Shown: positions 1-13,753 of the stretch, piece by piece
Numbering within the stretch: the stretch's first letter is position 1
Layout of the letters: each line of letters opens with the position of its first letter
DNA from: Trichosphaerium sp. ATCC 40318
Taxonomy: Eukaryota; Protista; Tubulinea
Direction of reading: 5' to 3'
DNA: 64,000 bases
Assembly: GCA_038496445.1 (NCBI GenBank)
Contig: JALMLS010000369.1
Span: 1-64,000 of the forward strand
Program-made: the position numbers and the translations under genes
The notes under the pieces: generated by a model
The model's database searches: none
What the model was told of the DNA's origin: nothing
The model's input: only the letters and a program-made list of their open reading frames with translations

Positions 1-582
1 CTTTTGTAAAGAATACCTTACGCACACAGACAACTATAAAGCAAACTCTAACTAAAAAGAAAAGTAAGGACAAGAGCACAAAATTTTTACGACATTTTAA
101 TCAGAAAAGTACAAACGTCATGTGCTACGGCGAAGGTAGTAAACCCATACTAGCAAAAATGAAAATCCTAGTTTTTATTCATGGATGAAAAACAAGGCGG
201 TACAAATTCTTACACACTCTAAATAAACCTTAACAGGACAATAGCGTGCAATCGTTACAAAATTGTACCATTACTACAAGCTCCTGCAACGTCCCTGTTA
301 ATATTCATGAATATTAGTGGGCCAAGTCACAATATCATGTAAACAATGAACATACTTCACTACCTCGCACCTTATCCTCATGACACTGACTTTCCTTAAG
401 GCGTACCTGTTGGAGAACATACAAGGTACTAAACAGGTGTTGTTGAGCTTAAAGTTAAAATGTAGCGTTATTCTTGATTTGCGATAGAGATTTATTTGGT
501 TTGTTATCACCGGTGAGCAGTGTCTGACGTCACTTACATTAGTTTATTAATGTAGATACTTTCTTATCCAGTATCCTTACGT

Positions 583-2320
583 TTAATGTGCTACAGCGAC
601 ATTGGCATTTGGAGCTATAACTCTATTCTCACTTTTCGCTTCTGAACACATCTTCCAAACTATAACAACAAAAACAATCACCACTAGAACTAACAGTGCT
701 CCAACTATTCCTGCTATTACGAATATCTCTATATCTTTTGCAGCCTCGTCTTGACATGTTTTTGGTACCAAAACTAGTACAACCGAAGAACCTAGCACAA
801 GTTAGTTAAGTTGCATACAAAAAAAACTGAAATAAATGACTTACCAAATACAGCAAGATTTGTTTCACTACAAGTATCATCGCCTGCCACTGTGATATTC
901 TCAATACTTATATTGCATGTATCTGGAAATTCAAGAAGAGTGTAGTTCGAGTTTACCGTTACGTTATCCAAGCTAACTTGAATTGTTCCTTGTTTCAAAC
1001 AAAGTTAACATCCAGATGGAAAGTGTTGATCAATTGATACCTTGTAAAGAAACACAGCTGTTGGTAAACACGTGTATAGCAGAACCATTAAATGAAAGTG
1101 TTGCATCATTGTTAACAATGATAGTCCCTAAAACAAACGGTAAATATTCCACTGGACTCGCCTTTCAAAAGTACCACTAATAACTGCCTGATTGATTGGT
1201 CCGTCTATTGGTTGAACTCTTCTCTCAAGGTCGAATGAACCTACTTTGATACATGCGTCATTCTGCCCAACATTAAAACACTCTCTAAAAAGACCTATGA
1301 TATAAAATCAGCGTGAATGTAAAAAGAAGTAAATACCTAATGTTGTGCTATTTTCTCTACGTGCGTCGCCTTTGTAATCTGTTTGTTCAATAACACTTAC
1401 ACCAGAATACAGTAAAGGTGATGACAGACGAAGTCTTGTACTCATCGGATCATCTGTGATTTCAGTTTTAAATTTTGAATCAACATTAAAGTTGCCTCCA
1501 AGTTCAAATGCATAGTCGGCTGTGCCTTCCGTGTGAAAGTTACTAGTATGGCATAGTTCCCATCAGAAAATACGTTTCTACAATCATTTAGAAATACAGC
1601 AATGAGCCTTAAAACGGTTTAATATACCTGCTTATTTGCGTGTTGGTAGTACCATTCCGCAAGATGATGTGATTAGTGTTGTTAATGAATGTACTATCCT
1701 GTATAACCTAATAGCAAAACAGTTATGTCTAATAGATAAGGGCCTTAAAATGGAACACAAGAAAGGTCCAGTGAAAGATTGACAACTTCACTTCAACCAT
1801 TGGCTAAAAACTATAGTTTAAATACACAATACTACTTACGGTTGAATAAGAGTCGGTAAGCCAAATGCCGTAATCGCTGTTATAAATAGTTACATTTCTT
1901 ATTATGGTTCCCGATGCAATTCTTGAAAGCCTTGATGCCTAGCAACCTTTTAATCCTTATTTTTTGATACACTACATAAAAAATACATGTGTAACTAAGC
2001 TAAGCTAATGTACCTCCAAAGTCTCCTTCAAAAATCCCTAGAGCTAAAAAAAGTAAGTTTTCACGTGCTACTTAAAAAAATTTTGGTTTCAGGTACTCAC
2101 GTCTTCCCGTTGTTATATTTAGCTCCTGTAGCGTTAATATTAACGGAGTTGAATATTTGAATACACTGTCCACCACAATCAACCATTTTTGCTTTGGAAA
2201 ATACCACATCAGTACATCTATCACATCCGAAACCTCGAGCTTAAAATTACAAGTAAGACCACAAATGTAATAAACCTAATTGATAAGGTCTCATGATAAC
2301 GTACATATACCACCAATTTG
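583..2320 (-). pseudogene. 5'-truncated, internally deleted copy (A') of the beta-helix membrane protein gene
   Basis: Mirror of the 3' two-thirds of copy A, with the same TM/C-terminus (IFVIAGIVGALLVLVVIVFVVIVW...VIAPNANVAVAH). It lacks the signal-peptide exons and most of the exon corresponding to 7227-7480 of copy B. Confidence 0.7.
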
Positions 2321-2337
2321 CGATTATCTTACCTCGA

Positions 2338-4854
2338 ATGACTTTGAACGTAACGCAAGTATCCTCCCTTGTGTATATTTCATTGTAGCGACTATTATAC
2401 GTTGTGAATGCAAGGTCTACTACATGAGACCTAATGGTACTGGCAATGGTACAACGGAAGAATTGTACGTATTTTTACGCTTGTGAAAGCTTGTGTTATG
2501 TTAAACTCCTCAAAACTCTCTAATCATTCAAAGAGCTGCAGGGCGATTTAAAGCAATCAATGAAAGTTCAATTCAATAAACGAATTAAAAGGAGGGTGAT
2601 ACTATACTTGTATCTGGTGGCAATTACACCACTTTTTATAAATGCGAGTATGATGCAACCACGGTAATTTTTTGGCTACAGGCGATTTAAACGGGTACCC
2701 AGATGACCACATCATCATTAAAAACAAACCAGGTAAGTGCAACCAAATTTACTTTACCGAGCGTTTCTGTTCGCCTATACCTATCTATGCGTTATGGCTC
2801 CAATTTGTACTTTGCCTAAAAAAGGACGAATTCGCCAATAATGGATTTGGAGGCTTGTTTTTTCGTTTATCCGCTATCATTTTAGTTCTTAATGGTGTTT
2901 ATCAATTGTTTTGTGCAAGCGCTGATTGACGATATCGTTTTTAGGTGAAGAACCTTGGTTTTTTATGGAGTTTGAACCTGGTTGTGTTATAAATGGTTTA
3001 CAAGACTACAGCGATAGGAATATTTGGTACTGGGCAGCATTACCTTTTGGTGACATTTCACATGTGACATTCGAAGGTATAAACGTTGGTGGCGGTATAT
3101 GTACGTTATCATGAGACCTTATCAATTAGGTTTAATTACATTTGTGGTCTTACTTGTAATTTTAAGCTCGAGGTTTCGGATGTGATAGATGTACTGATGT
3201 GGTATTTTCCAAAGCAAAAATGGTTGATTGTGGTGGACAGTGTATTCAAATATTCAACTCCGTTAATATAACGCTACAGGAGCTAAATATAACAACGGGA
3301 AGACGTGAGTACCTGAAACCAAAATTTTTTTAAGTAGCACGTGAAAACTTACTTTTTTTAGCTCTAGGGATTTTTGAAGGAGACTTTGGAGGTACATTAG
3401 CTTAGTTACACATGTATATTTTATGTAGTGTATCAAAAAATAAGGATTAAAAGGTTGATAGGCATCAAGGCTTTCAAGAATTGCATCGGAACCATAATAA
3501 GAAATGTAACTATTTATAACAGCGATTACGGTATTTGGCTTACCGACTCTTATTCAACCGTAAGTACTATTGTGTATTTAAACTATAGTTTTTAGCCAAT
3601 GGTTGAAGTGAAGTTGTCAATCTTTCACTGGACATTATCTTTCTTAAGGCCCTTATCTATTAGGCGTAACTGTTTTGCTATTAGGTTATACAGGATAGTA
3701 CATTCATTAACAACACTGATCACATCATCTTGCGGAATGGTACTACCAACACGCAAATAAGCAGGTATATTAAACCGTTTTAAGGCTCCTACATGTGTTG
3801 ATAACTATCTAAGAATTTCTTGTTGTTCAATAGCATCACTTATTTTTAGAGGAACTGTGAATGTCAAGAGTTGAATCTGTATTGCCAAATGATCATAATA
3901 ACTTTCACACGGAAGGCACAGCCGACTATGCATTTGAACTTGGAGGCAACTTTAATGTTGATTCAAAATTTAAAACTGAAATCACAGATGATCCGATGAG
4001 TACACGACTTCGTCTGTCATCACCTTTACTGTATTCTGGTGTAAGGGTTGTTGAACAAACAGATTACAAAGGCGACGCACGTAGAGAAAATAGCACAACA
4101 TTAGGTATTTACTTCTTTTTACATTGACTTAGAGCCATGCTGATTTTGTATCATAGGTCTTTTTAGAGAGTGTTTTAATGTTGGGCAGAATGACGCATGT
4201 ATCAAAGTAGGTTCATTTGACCTTGAGAGACGAGTTCAACCAATAGACGGAGCAGTTATTAGTGGTACTTCGGAAAGGCGAGTCCAGTGGAATATTTACC
4301 TTTGTTTTAGGGACTATCATTGTTAACAATGATGCAACACTTTCATTAAATGGTTCTGCTATACACGTATTTACCAACAGCTGTGTTTCTTTACAAGGTA
4401 TCAATTGATCAACACTTTCCATCTGGATGTTAACTTTGTTTGAAACTAGGAACAATTCAAGTTAGCTTGGATAACGTAACAGTAAACTCAAACTACACTC
4501 TTCTTGAATTTCCAGATACATGCAATATAAGTATTGAGAATATCACAGTGGCAGGCGATGATCCTTGTAGTGAAACAAATCTTGCTGTATTTGGTAAGTC
4601 ATTATGTCAGTTTTTTTTGTATACAACTTAACCAACTTGTGCTAGGTTCTTCGGTTGTACTAGTTTTGGTACCAAAAACATGTCAAGACGAGGCTGCAAA
4701 AGATATAGAGATATTCGTAATAGCAGGAATAGTTGGAGCACTGTTAGTTCTAGTGGTGATTGTTTTTGTTGTTATAGTTTGGAAGATGTGTTCAGAAGCG
4801 AAAAGTGAGAATAGAGTTATAGCTCCAAATGCCAATGTCGCTGTAGTACATTAA
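2338..4854 (+). pseudogene. Beta-helix membrane protein copy A, frameshifted and internally deleted as assembled
   Basis: Colinear with copy B (VYYMRPNGTGNGTTEE, GEEPWFF, HVTFEGINVG, NNFHTEGTADYAFELGG, TM). There is a 1-nt indel near 2378, an extra ~20 nt near 2543, an indel near 2593, and loss of most of one exon at ~3789. Confidence 0.7.
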
Positions 4855-5830
4855 ACGTAAGGATACTGGATAAGAAAGTATCTACATTAATAAACTAATG
4901 TAAGTGACGTCAGACACTGCTCACCGTGATAACAAACCAAATAAATCTCTATCGCAAATCAAGAATAACGCTACATTTTAACTTTAAGCTCAACAACACC
5001 TGTTTAGTACCTTGTATGTTCTCCAACAGGTACGCCTTAAGGAAAGTCAGTGTCATGAGGATAAGGTGCGAGGTAGTGAAGTATGTTCATTGTTTACATG
5101 ATATTGTGACTTGGCCCACTAATATTCATGAATATTAACAGGGACGTTGCAGGAGCTTGTAGTAATGGTACAATTTTGTAACGATTGCACGCTATTGTCC
5201 TGTTAAGGTTTATTTAGAGTGTGTAAGAATTTGTACCGCCTTGTTTTTCATCCATGAATAAAAACTAGGATTTTCATTTTTGCTAGTATGGGTTTACTAC
5301 CTTCGCCGTAGCACATGACGTTTGTACTTTTCTGATTAAAATGTCGTAAAAATTTTGTGCTCTTGTCCTTACTTTTCTTTTTAGTTAGAGTTTGCTTTAT
5401 AGTTGTCTGTGTGCGTAAGGTATTCTTTACAAAAGTTCTTATCACAAACAAAAAACCAGTATTAAACAAAAGTACATTATGCAACAACCCCCAACCTCAT
5501 AAGTCAATGTATCCATTGCTATCCCCTCCAAATGCGCCCATTTTTAGTACTACAAAGTCATTTAGCGTATACGATATGCTAGCGTACGGAAATTTGCTGA
5601 AAATGAAAATGATCGTGTGGTACCTTGTTTGACCAATTCACAAACCCTTATCATAACCGTGCAAAATAGTATTGTATGCATTGAACGTTCGGAATAGTAT
5701 TATATCACCAAAACTTGTTACCACGAACGTACAAGCACATATATCGCTGAATCAGAAGTTCGTAATAATTTTGAAAACAAATAAGAAAATCGGACAAGTC
5801 ACAAACGAAGAAGCGTGTCTACGCTCAAAA

Positions 5831-8674
5831 ATGCTTCGTATATCCTCTCTAGTGTATATCATCATTGTAGCGACTATTATAGGCTGTGAATGCAATGTCT
5901 ACTACATGAGACCAAACGGTACAGGCAATGGTACCACAGAAGAACTGTACGTAGCGTTTTGATCAATATGAATTCATTTCCTCAATATTTGCTAATACAT
6001 GATAAGAGCAGCAGGAAAGTTCAATTCACTAAGCGGATTAACAGGAGGCGATACTGTACTTGTATCTGGTGGCAACTACACCACTTATTTCAAATGCAAT
6101 TACACCAACTTGACAACCCACCCGTTAGTGGTAGTAGGCCTAGAAGGTTCACCTGGAAATCACATCATCATTAAAAACAAACCAGGTAAGCTTCAAAGAG
6201 GTTTTTCTTTGAATTGTGACTAATGGTACGACGTTTAGGCGAAGAGCCCTGGTTCTTTATTGAGCTTGAAGATGGTTGCAGTATTAACGAAACAGAGTAC
6301 AACGAAAAAAATATTTGGTTCTGGGCAGCACTACCTTTTGTGCAGATCAAGCATGTAACATTCGAAGGCATCAATGTTGGCGCTGGTATAGGTACACCAC
6401 TCGGGTTTTTTTACTCCACACCAAAGCCGTTTGCAACGTAAAATGTCCCATTTTGTGATTGTTTTTCTTGAGGGTTTTAATTGTCATATTGGCTTGTCTA
6501 ATTTTGTTTTTAAAGCGAAGGGATTTGGTTGTGATGTTTGTACAGATGTGATATTCTCTAAAGCAAAATTGCTTGATTGTGGAGGAATTTGTGTACAAAT
6601 AGCGACTGGTTCCGTAAATATTACCTTAGAAGATTTAGATATAGTACCAGGCAGGGGTGAGTAATTAACGACCCAATAAGTAACTGTTGCTAATTTATTT
6701 CTAGATCGGAACAATTTTGGAATAAGCAACTATGGAGGTACAGCAAAGTACTCAGTATATTAAGTACTTAAATGTCATATTAGGCATTAAACTATTCAAA
6801 GAAAACATCAGGACAACAATAAGAAACATAACTGTTTGTAATGGTACCTATGGCATTTGGCTTAAGAACTCCTCTTCAGTAGTACGTAACATTGGTATTT
6901 ACATCTATCATTCGCCTGTATACAGCAGACTGTTTGTATTATTTTACCACGCTGAGTTTATTGATCAACACGCCTATATCAACATTTTGCAATGTGTCAC
7001 ATTTTGACACTTCAAATTCAGATAATAAGGCCAAATTCCTTAATTTTCCTTTTTGACACTTAACTTATCTTAGTTCGTACAAGATAGTAGATTAATTAAC
7101 AATATTGATCACTTCGTGCTAAGGAATGATACTGCTGATATACACATAACCAGGTAAAAAGTCTTTATGTTTAAACTTGTAATCATTGTTTTTTGCCTGT
7201 TCTGCCTCGTATTAACATATTGTTAGAAACGTTTTTCTTGGAGGACACAATGGTATTTTACAACTGTGTTTTGATGCTATGGAGTGTATCCGTTTATTCA
7301 CAAGTGATTTAACAGTATCAAACAATCTTTTTATAAACATAGCCAATATCACGAATCAACATCTGAAGCCTGTTGGAGGCGGATTTTATTATAATGTATT
7401 CCACAACATCTATGACCATAATGGTCTATTCCCTGGGTTCGCTACATGTGTTGAAATACGAAATAACATCTTATCAGGGTACACCACAAACTCTTAATAT
7501 TCAATTCAATAATGTCTTGTTTGTCTTACCGTATTTCGTCTTAACATACGTTAGGGGAACTGTGAATCCAAATCAAGAGATGATGTATCTTCGTAATTGT
7601 AGTAACGAAATGAGTCATAATAACTTTCACAAGGAAGGCACAGCCGACTATGCATTTGAACTTGGAGGCAACTTTAATGTTGATTCAAAATTTAAAACTG
7701 AAATCACAGATGATCCGATGAGTACACGACTTCGTCTGTCATCACCTTTACTATATTTTGGGATAAGTGTTATTGAACAAACAGATTATGAAGGCAACAT
7801 ACGTAGAGAGAGTAATACAACGCTAGGTATAGTTCTTTTCGGCGTTCCAGCTTGTGGTAGTAATGTCTTGCAGGTCTCTACAGAGAGTGCTTCAATGTTG
7901 TACATAACGACACATGTATTAAAGTTGGTTCGTTTGATATTGAGAAAAGATTTAGACCAACGGACCAAACAGTTAATGGTACCTTGAAATCCATGGAACT
8001 TTTATTTCTCGCTATTAAATATTTATCGTTTGTTGAATATTAATCCTTGGTTTTAGGAACTATCATTGTTGACAATGATGCAATACTTTCATTTAATGGT
8101 TCTACAATATACGTGTTTACAAATAGTTGTGCTTTGTTACAAGGTAAACCTAAATACTACTTACTATGGCAGCTTACTCACTTGTTTTTGCTAAAGGATC
8201 TGTGTTTGTGAGTTTTGATAACTTCAAAGATAACTTTACAGAAAACACCAATTTTACTCTTCTCGAATTTCCTGATACATGCACTCCAAATGTAGAGAAT
8301 ATAAACGTCACAGGCGATGATCCTTGTAATAAACCTGAACTTGATGTGGTTGGTACGTGACCTTTTATTTTTCTTTGATAAATACTCAATTCCAAAAAAA
8401 CAAGTGTTTGCCAAAACTAAGTTGTTTCTCTTCTTTAGGATCATCAATTTTAGTAGCGTTTTCTACACCTGAGAGCTGCCAAGACTCCACAGGTTCCAAT
8501 AACTTTGTATATATAATTGGATCTGTAGGAGGTGTTATACTGCTTCTTGTTGTGTTGATTATTGTCATTGCTTTAGTTTGGCAACCAAAATTCTTATTCC
8601 CTCATAGCAGGCAAAACCGCAAGAAATCAATCATAAATCCCAACGCTAAAGTATCAGCACTGATGGTGGAATGA
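5831..8674 (+). CDS. Type I membrane protein with right-handed (pectin lyase-like) beta-helix ectodomain, copy B; multi-exon
   Basis: Signal peptide MLRISSLVYIIIVATIIGCEC. N-cap VYYMRPNGTGNGT...GGDTVLVSGGNY. PbH1-like turns (TTIRNITVCNGTYGIWLKNSSSVFVQDS; LTVSNNLFIN; VEIRNNI). C-cap SSPLLY.G...TDYEGNIR. TM YIIGSVGGVILLLVVLIIVIALVW. The introns I checked are GT-AG and splice in frame. Confidence 0.85.
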
Positions 8675-8817
8675 AAATAAACAAAATTAGCTCAAGCACT
8701 TATGTGATTATTAAACGTGTCTCGATTGTTGAAACACTTGCCTTTCACTTTAAAAATAGGAAACAAAGCCCTTCGTTATTGGTCTTGTCAGTTTATATTT
8801 TACAATTTTATACACGT

Positions 8818-10022
<1,205 letters not shown>

Positions 10023-10291
10023 CGTTGTAAGCGCAAAAAGCAAAAAATACTGAAAAAATGTCAGTTTCGAGTTTAACTGAAAAAAAAGATTGAAAGTGTG
10101 CTCCGGAAACACTTTTGTGACACGGCATCAAAAATAACTGAAAGAAAAATGAATTGCGCCAAGCAGGCAGTGTAGACAGTGGGAGCATTATGTTAGCGCT
10201 TGAAAACACTGAAGTACGCAATGCATAAAGAAATCAACAAAATCTCTTACAGCCCGTGACATTTGCTTTTATTTTTTATCTACAGTGGTTT

Positions 10292-13173
10292 TTATACGCT
10301 TTGTTGTTCTGGTACTATTACTCCCCTTTCTGTATTATTTTTCCTGCTGTAAGGGAATAAGAATTTTGGTTGCCAAACTAAAGCAATGACAATAATCAAC
10401 ACAACAAGAAGCAGTATAACACCTCCTACAGATCCAATTATATATACAAAGTTATTGGAACCTGTGGAGTCTTGGCAGCTCTCAGGTGTAGAAAACGCTA
10501 CTAAAATTGATGATCCTAAAGAAGAGAAACAACTTAGTTTTGGCAAACACTTGTTTTTTTGGAATTGAGTATTTATCAAAGAAAAATAAAGGGGTCACGT
10601 ACCAACCACATCAAGTTCAGGTTTATTACAAGGATCATCGCCTGTGACGTTTATATTCTCTACATTTGGAGTGCATGTATCAGGAAATTCGAGAAGAGTA
10701 AAGTTGGTGTTTTCTGTAAAGTTATCTTTGAAGTTATCAACACTCACAAGGAAAGATCCTTTTTCAAAAAACAAGTGAGTAAGTTGCCATAGTAAGTAGT
10801 ATTTAGGTTTACCTTGTAACAAAGCACAACTATTTGTAAACACGTATATTGTAGAACCATTAAATGAGAGTATTGCATCATTGTTAACAATGATAGTCCC
10901 TAAAACAAACGATTACTATTCAACAAACTAGTCATTTCCAAGTACCATTAATAACTGCCTGATTGATTGGTCTGCTTCTCCGTTCGATATCAAACGAACC
11001 AACTTTAATACATGCATCATTCTGCGCAACATTGAAGCACTCTCTGTAGAGACCTACAGTTTTATTGGTACCGAATTGACAACAAAAAGAATCTATCATA
11101 CCTAATGTTGTACTGCTACTTCTACGTCTGTTGTCTTGGTAATCGTTCTGTTCGGTGACACTTGTTCCAGAAAAGAGTAAAGGTGATGCTGATGTATCAA
11201 GTCGTGTACTCATCGGATCATCTGTGATTTCAGTTTTAAATTTTGAATCAACATTAAAGTTGCCTCCAAGTTCAAATGCATAGTCGGCTGTGCCTTCCTT
11301 GTGAAAGTTATTATGACTCATTTCGTCACTACAATTACGAAGATACATCATCTCTTGATTTGGATTCACAGTTCCCCTAAAGGATGTTAAGACGTAACTT
11401 AAGAGTTTGTGGTGTACCCTGATAAGATATTGTTTCGTATCTCAATACATGTAGCGAACCCAGGGAATAGACCATTATGGTCATAGATGTTGTGGAATAC
11501 GTTGTAATAAAATCCGCCTCCAACAGACTTCACAAGATGATTGGACAGGTTGGCTATATTTATAAAAAGATTGTTTGATACGCGAATACTGTGCATCAAC
11601 AGTTCTGAACTGTTAAAACAGTCAGCATCCCCATCCTGGCAGAACTGGAAAATACCATAATTTCCGCCAGATATCACATTTCTAAAACCAAAATTAGTGC
11701 TTCGGGTACGAGTTAAAGAAATGAGAATAAAAGAAAGGTTATTTCACTAAGAGCTACGTGTGATTCATATATTTAACTACACTTAAATTACACGCATAGA
11801 CATCTAAGCCCAAAAAGAAACTGTCATAAGTGTAAAAGAAAAAAAAAGAAGAGAACCGTGACAATTCAACGAAAAATGTGAACTGCACAGTTTGGAAACG
11901 TTCGATACCTGATGACAGCTGTATCGTAGGTGGTGTCACGCAACCGAATATGTTCAGTATTATTAACAAGCGTACTGTCCTGTATAACCTAAGTATCAAA
12001 AAGTAAGAAAACGCGGATGAATAATTTGATAATTGTAGTGTCACGTGAAGCAGGAAGCCACAATAATAAACGTAATTCAAAAAACACGTAATAGTATGAA
12101 GTAATTATTACACTACATACTGTTAAAGAGTTATTAGCGATCCAAATACCATAGTCGCCGTTTGAAACAGCTACATTTTTTACTGTTGTTCTGATGCACT
12201 TGCTAAAAACATGGACACCTACAGCTATAAATACGTATACAAACGGGTAAATGTGTCTACTGCACCTCCATACTCTAGGTCGTTAATTCCTAGATCTAAA
12301 CAAAGTCATGTTAAGTCGTGATTTATCTCAAGAGTCTTTAAGAAAAAGCTGATACCTTTTCCTGGTATTATATCCAAATCCTGTACTGTAACATTTTCTG
12401 AAGTGGCTATAAATACACAACGTCCACCACAATCACGTATTTTAGCTTTTGTAAATAATACGTCAACACATCTATCACAACTGAATCCTCGAGCTTTCAA
12501 AACAGTTAGTCTTTCAAAGTCATGTTTTTTTTCAATTTGGAAAGTTAAAACGTACCAACTCCAGAACCAACGTTGATGCCTTCAAAAGTAACGTGACGTA
12601 AGTAAAGAAAACGTAGCGTTGCCCATACCCATAGATTTCGTTCAGTGTAGTCAGCGAGATTGCTGGGCATGCAACCAGCCTCAAAATCAAGAAAAAACCA
12701 AGGCTCCTCGCCTGCAAATGAGAACGTAAGCGTCAAACATTGCTAGCAATTTAAAGCCATTTAACTATCAGCTTTTATGCTTTGGCTCTGTATGGTTACA
12801 TTTTCTTAGGCTTTAGCGTACCTGGCTTGTTTTTAATGATGATGTGGTCTCCTGGTGACCCTTCAAAAGTTGCCAACAAAGGATGACTCGTGGTTGCATT
12901 ATACTCGCATTTATAAAAAGTGGTGTAGTTGCCGCCAGATACAAGTACAGTATCACCTCCTGCTAATCCGCTTATTGAATTGAACTTTCCTGCTGCTCTT
13001 ATCATTTATTAGCAAATATTGAAGAAATGAATTCCTATTGATCAAAACGCTACGTACAGTTCTTCTGTGGTACCATTGCCTGTTCCGTTTGGCCTCATGT
13101 AGTAGACATTGCATTCACAGCCTACAATAGTCGCTACAATGATGATATACACTAGAGAGGATATACGAAGCAT
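10292..13173 (-). CDS. Beta-helix type I membrane protein, copy C; multi-exon
   Basis: Same exon structure and motifs as copy B. The N-terminal, middle and C-terminal blocks are nearly identical to B at the DNA level. Confidence 0.85.
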
Positions 13174-13753
13174 TTTTGAGCGTAGACACGCTTCTTCGCT
13201 TGTGATTTGTCCGATTTTTTGTTTCCAAAACTTGCGGAAGTCCTGATTTGCCAAATCAGGTTTTGTTTCACGACTACGCTCTACAAACGTGCAACACACA
13301 CTCACATTCTTCAAGAATTCCAAAGTACTGTTTTTGTACGCAATGCTCTTAAATAAGAACTTTTACGCTAGTTTAGGGAGAAGGGTAAAATAGGTATTGT
13401 GAGCGCTTCGTAGGCTGGCCGCATAGCGGTAAGAGTTGACATACTCTTCCGAGAGTGTTTTGTGATATTGTTGAGCCAGTGGCGATAGAGGGACTTAGAC
13501 AAGCTGTGTTGTTTACGCAGGTTAAGAGATGGCATGGGAAACTGAAGTGAAATATTTCAGTATTTACATTTCCGATTTGCAACAGGTTTTAGCAAAATTA
13601 TGGGTCCATTTTCGTACTCTACGCTCCTTGTACAACTTAAAAATTCTTATGTAAGTTGTGTTTTAAATAGTGAAGGTATAAAATTTCGTAATTTTCGCTA
13701 TTTCAGTCTTTTGGCACTTATGGTTTTGTACAAATTTAGTATATTTTTGGCAA

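Larger units (their letters stand above)
1..5435. repeat. Large inverted duplication: left arm ~1-2320, right arm ~3085-5435, unique spacer ~2340-3060
   Basis: Position 1 cttttgtaaagaatacc is the reverse complement of the sequence ending at 5435. ORFs 298..510(-) and 4926..5138(+) translate identically. The arms match nearly base for base, except ~1541-1603 vs ~3789-3898 and small indels. Confidence 0.95.

Noticed and set aside
298-510. 70-aa ORF present twice (also 4926..5138)
   Set aside because: Non-ATG start, no recognisable motif, and it lies downstream of the beta-helix stop; the duplication is explained by the inverted repeat.
6925-7030. Apparent extra exon with a GC donor in beta-helix copy B
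   Set aside because: A single ~190-nt GT-AG intron (6882-7073) gives KNSSSV|FVQDS, matching copies A and C.
13371-13380. TTTAGGG as a telomere repeat or telomerase template
   Set aside because: Single occurrence, no array and no supporting structure.
13405-13495. tRNA gene
   Set aside because: Cloverleaf-like pairing, but no TTC T-loop, no GG D-loop and wrong arm geometry.
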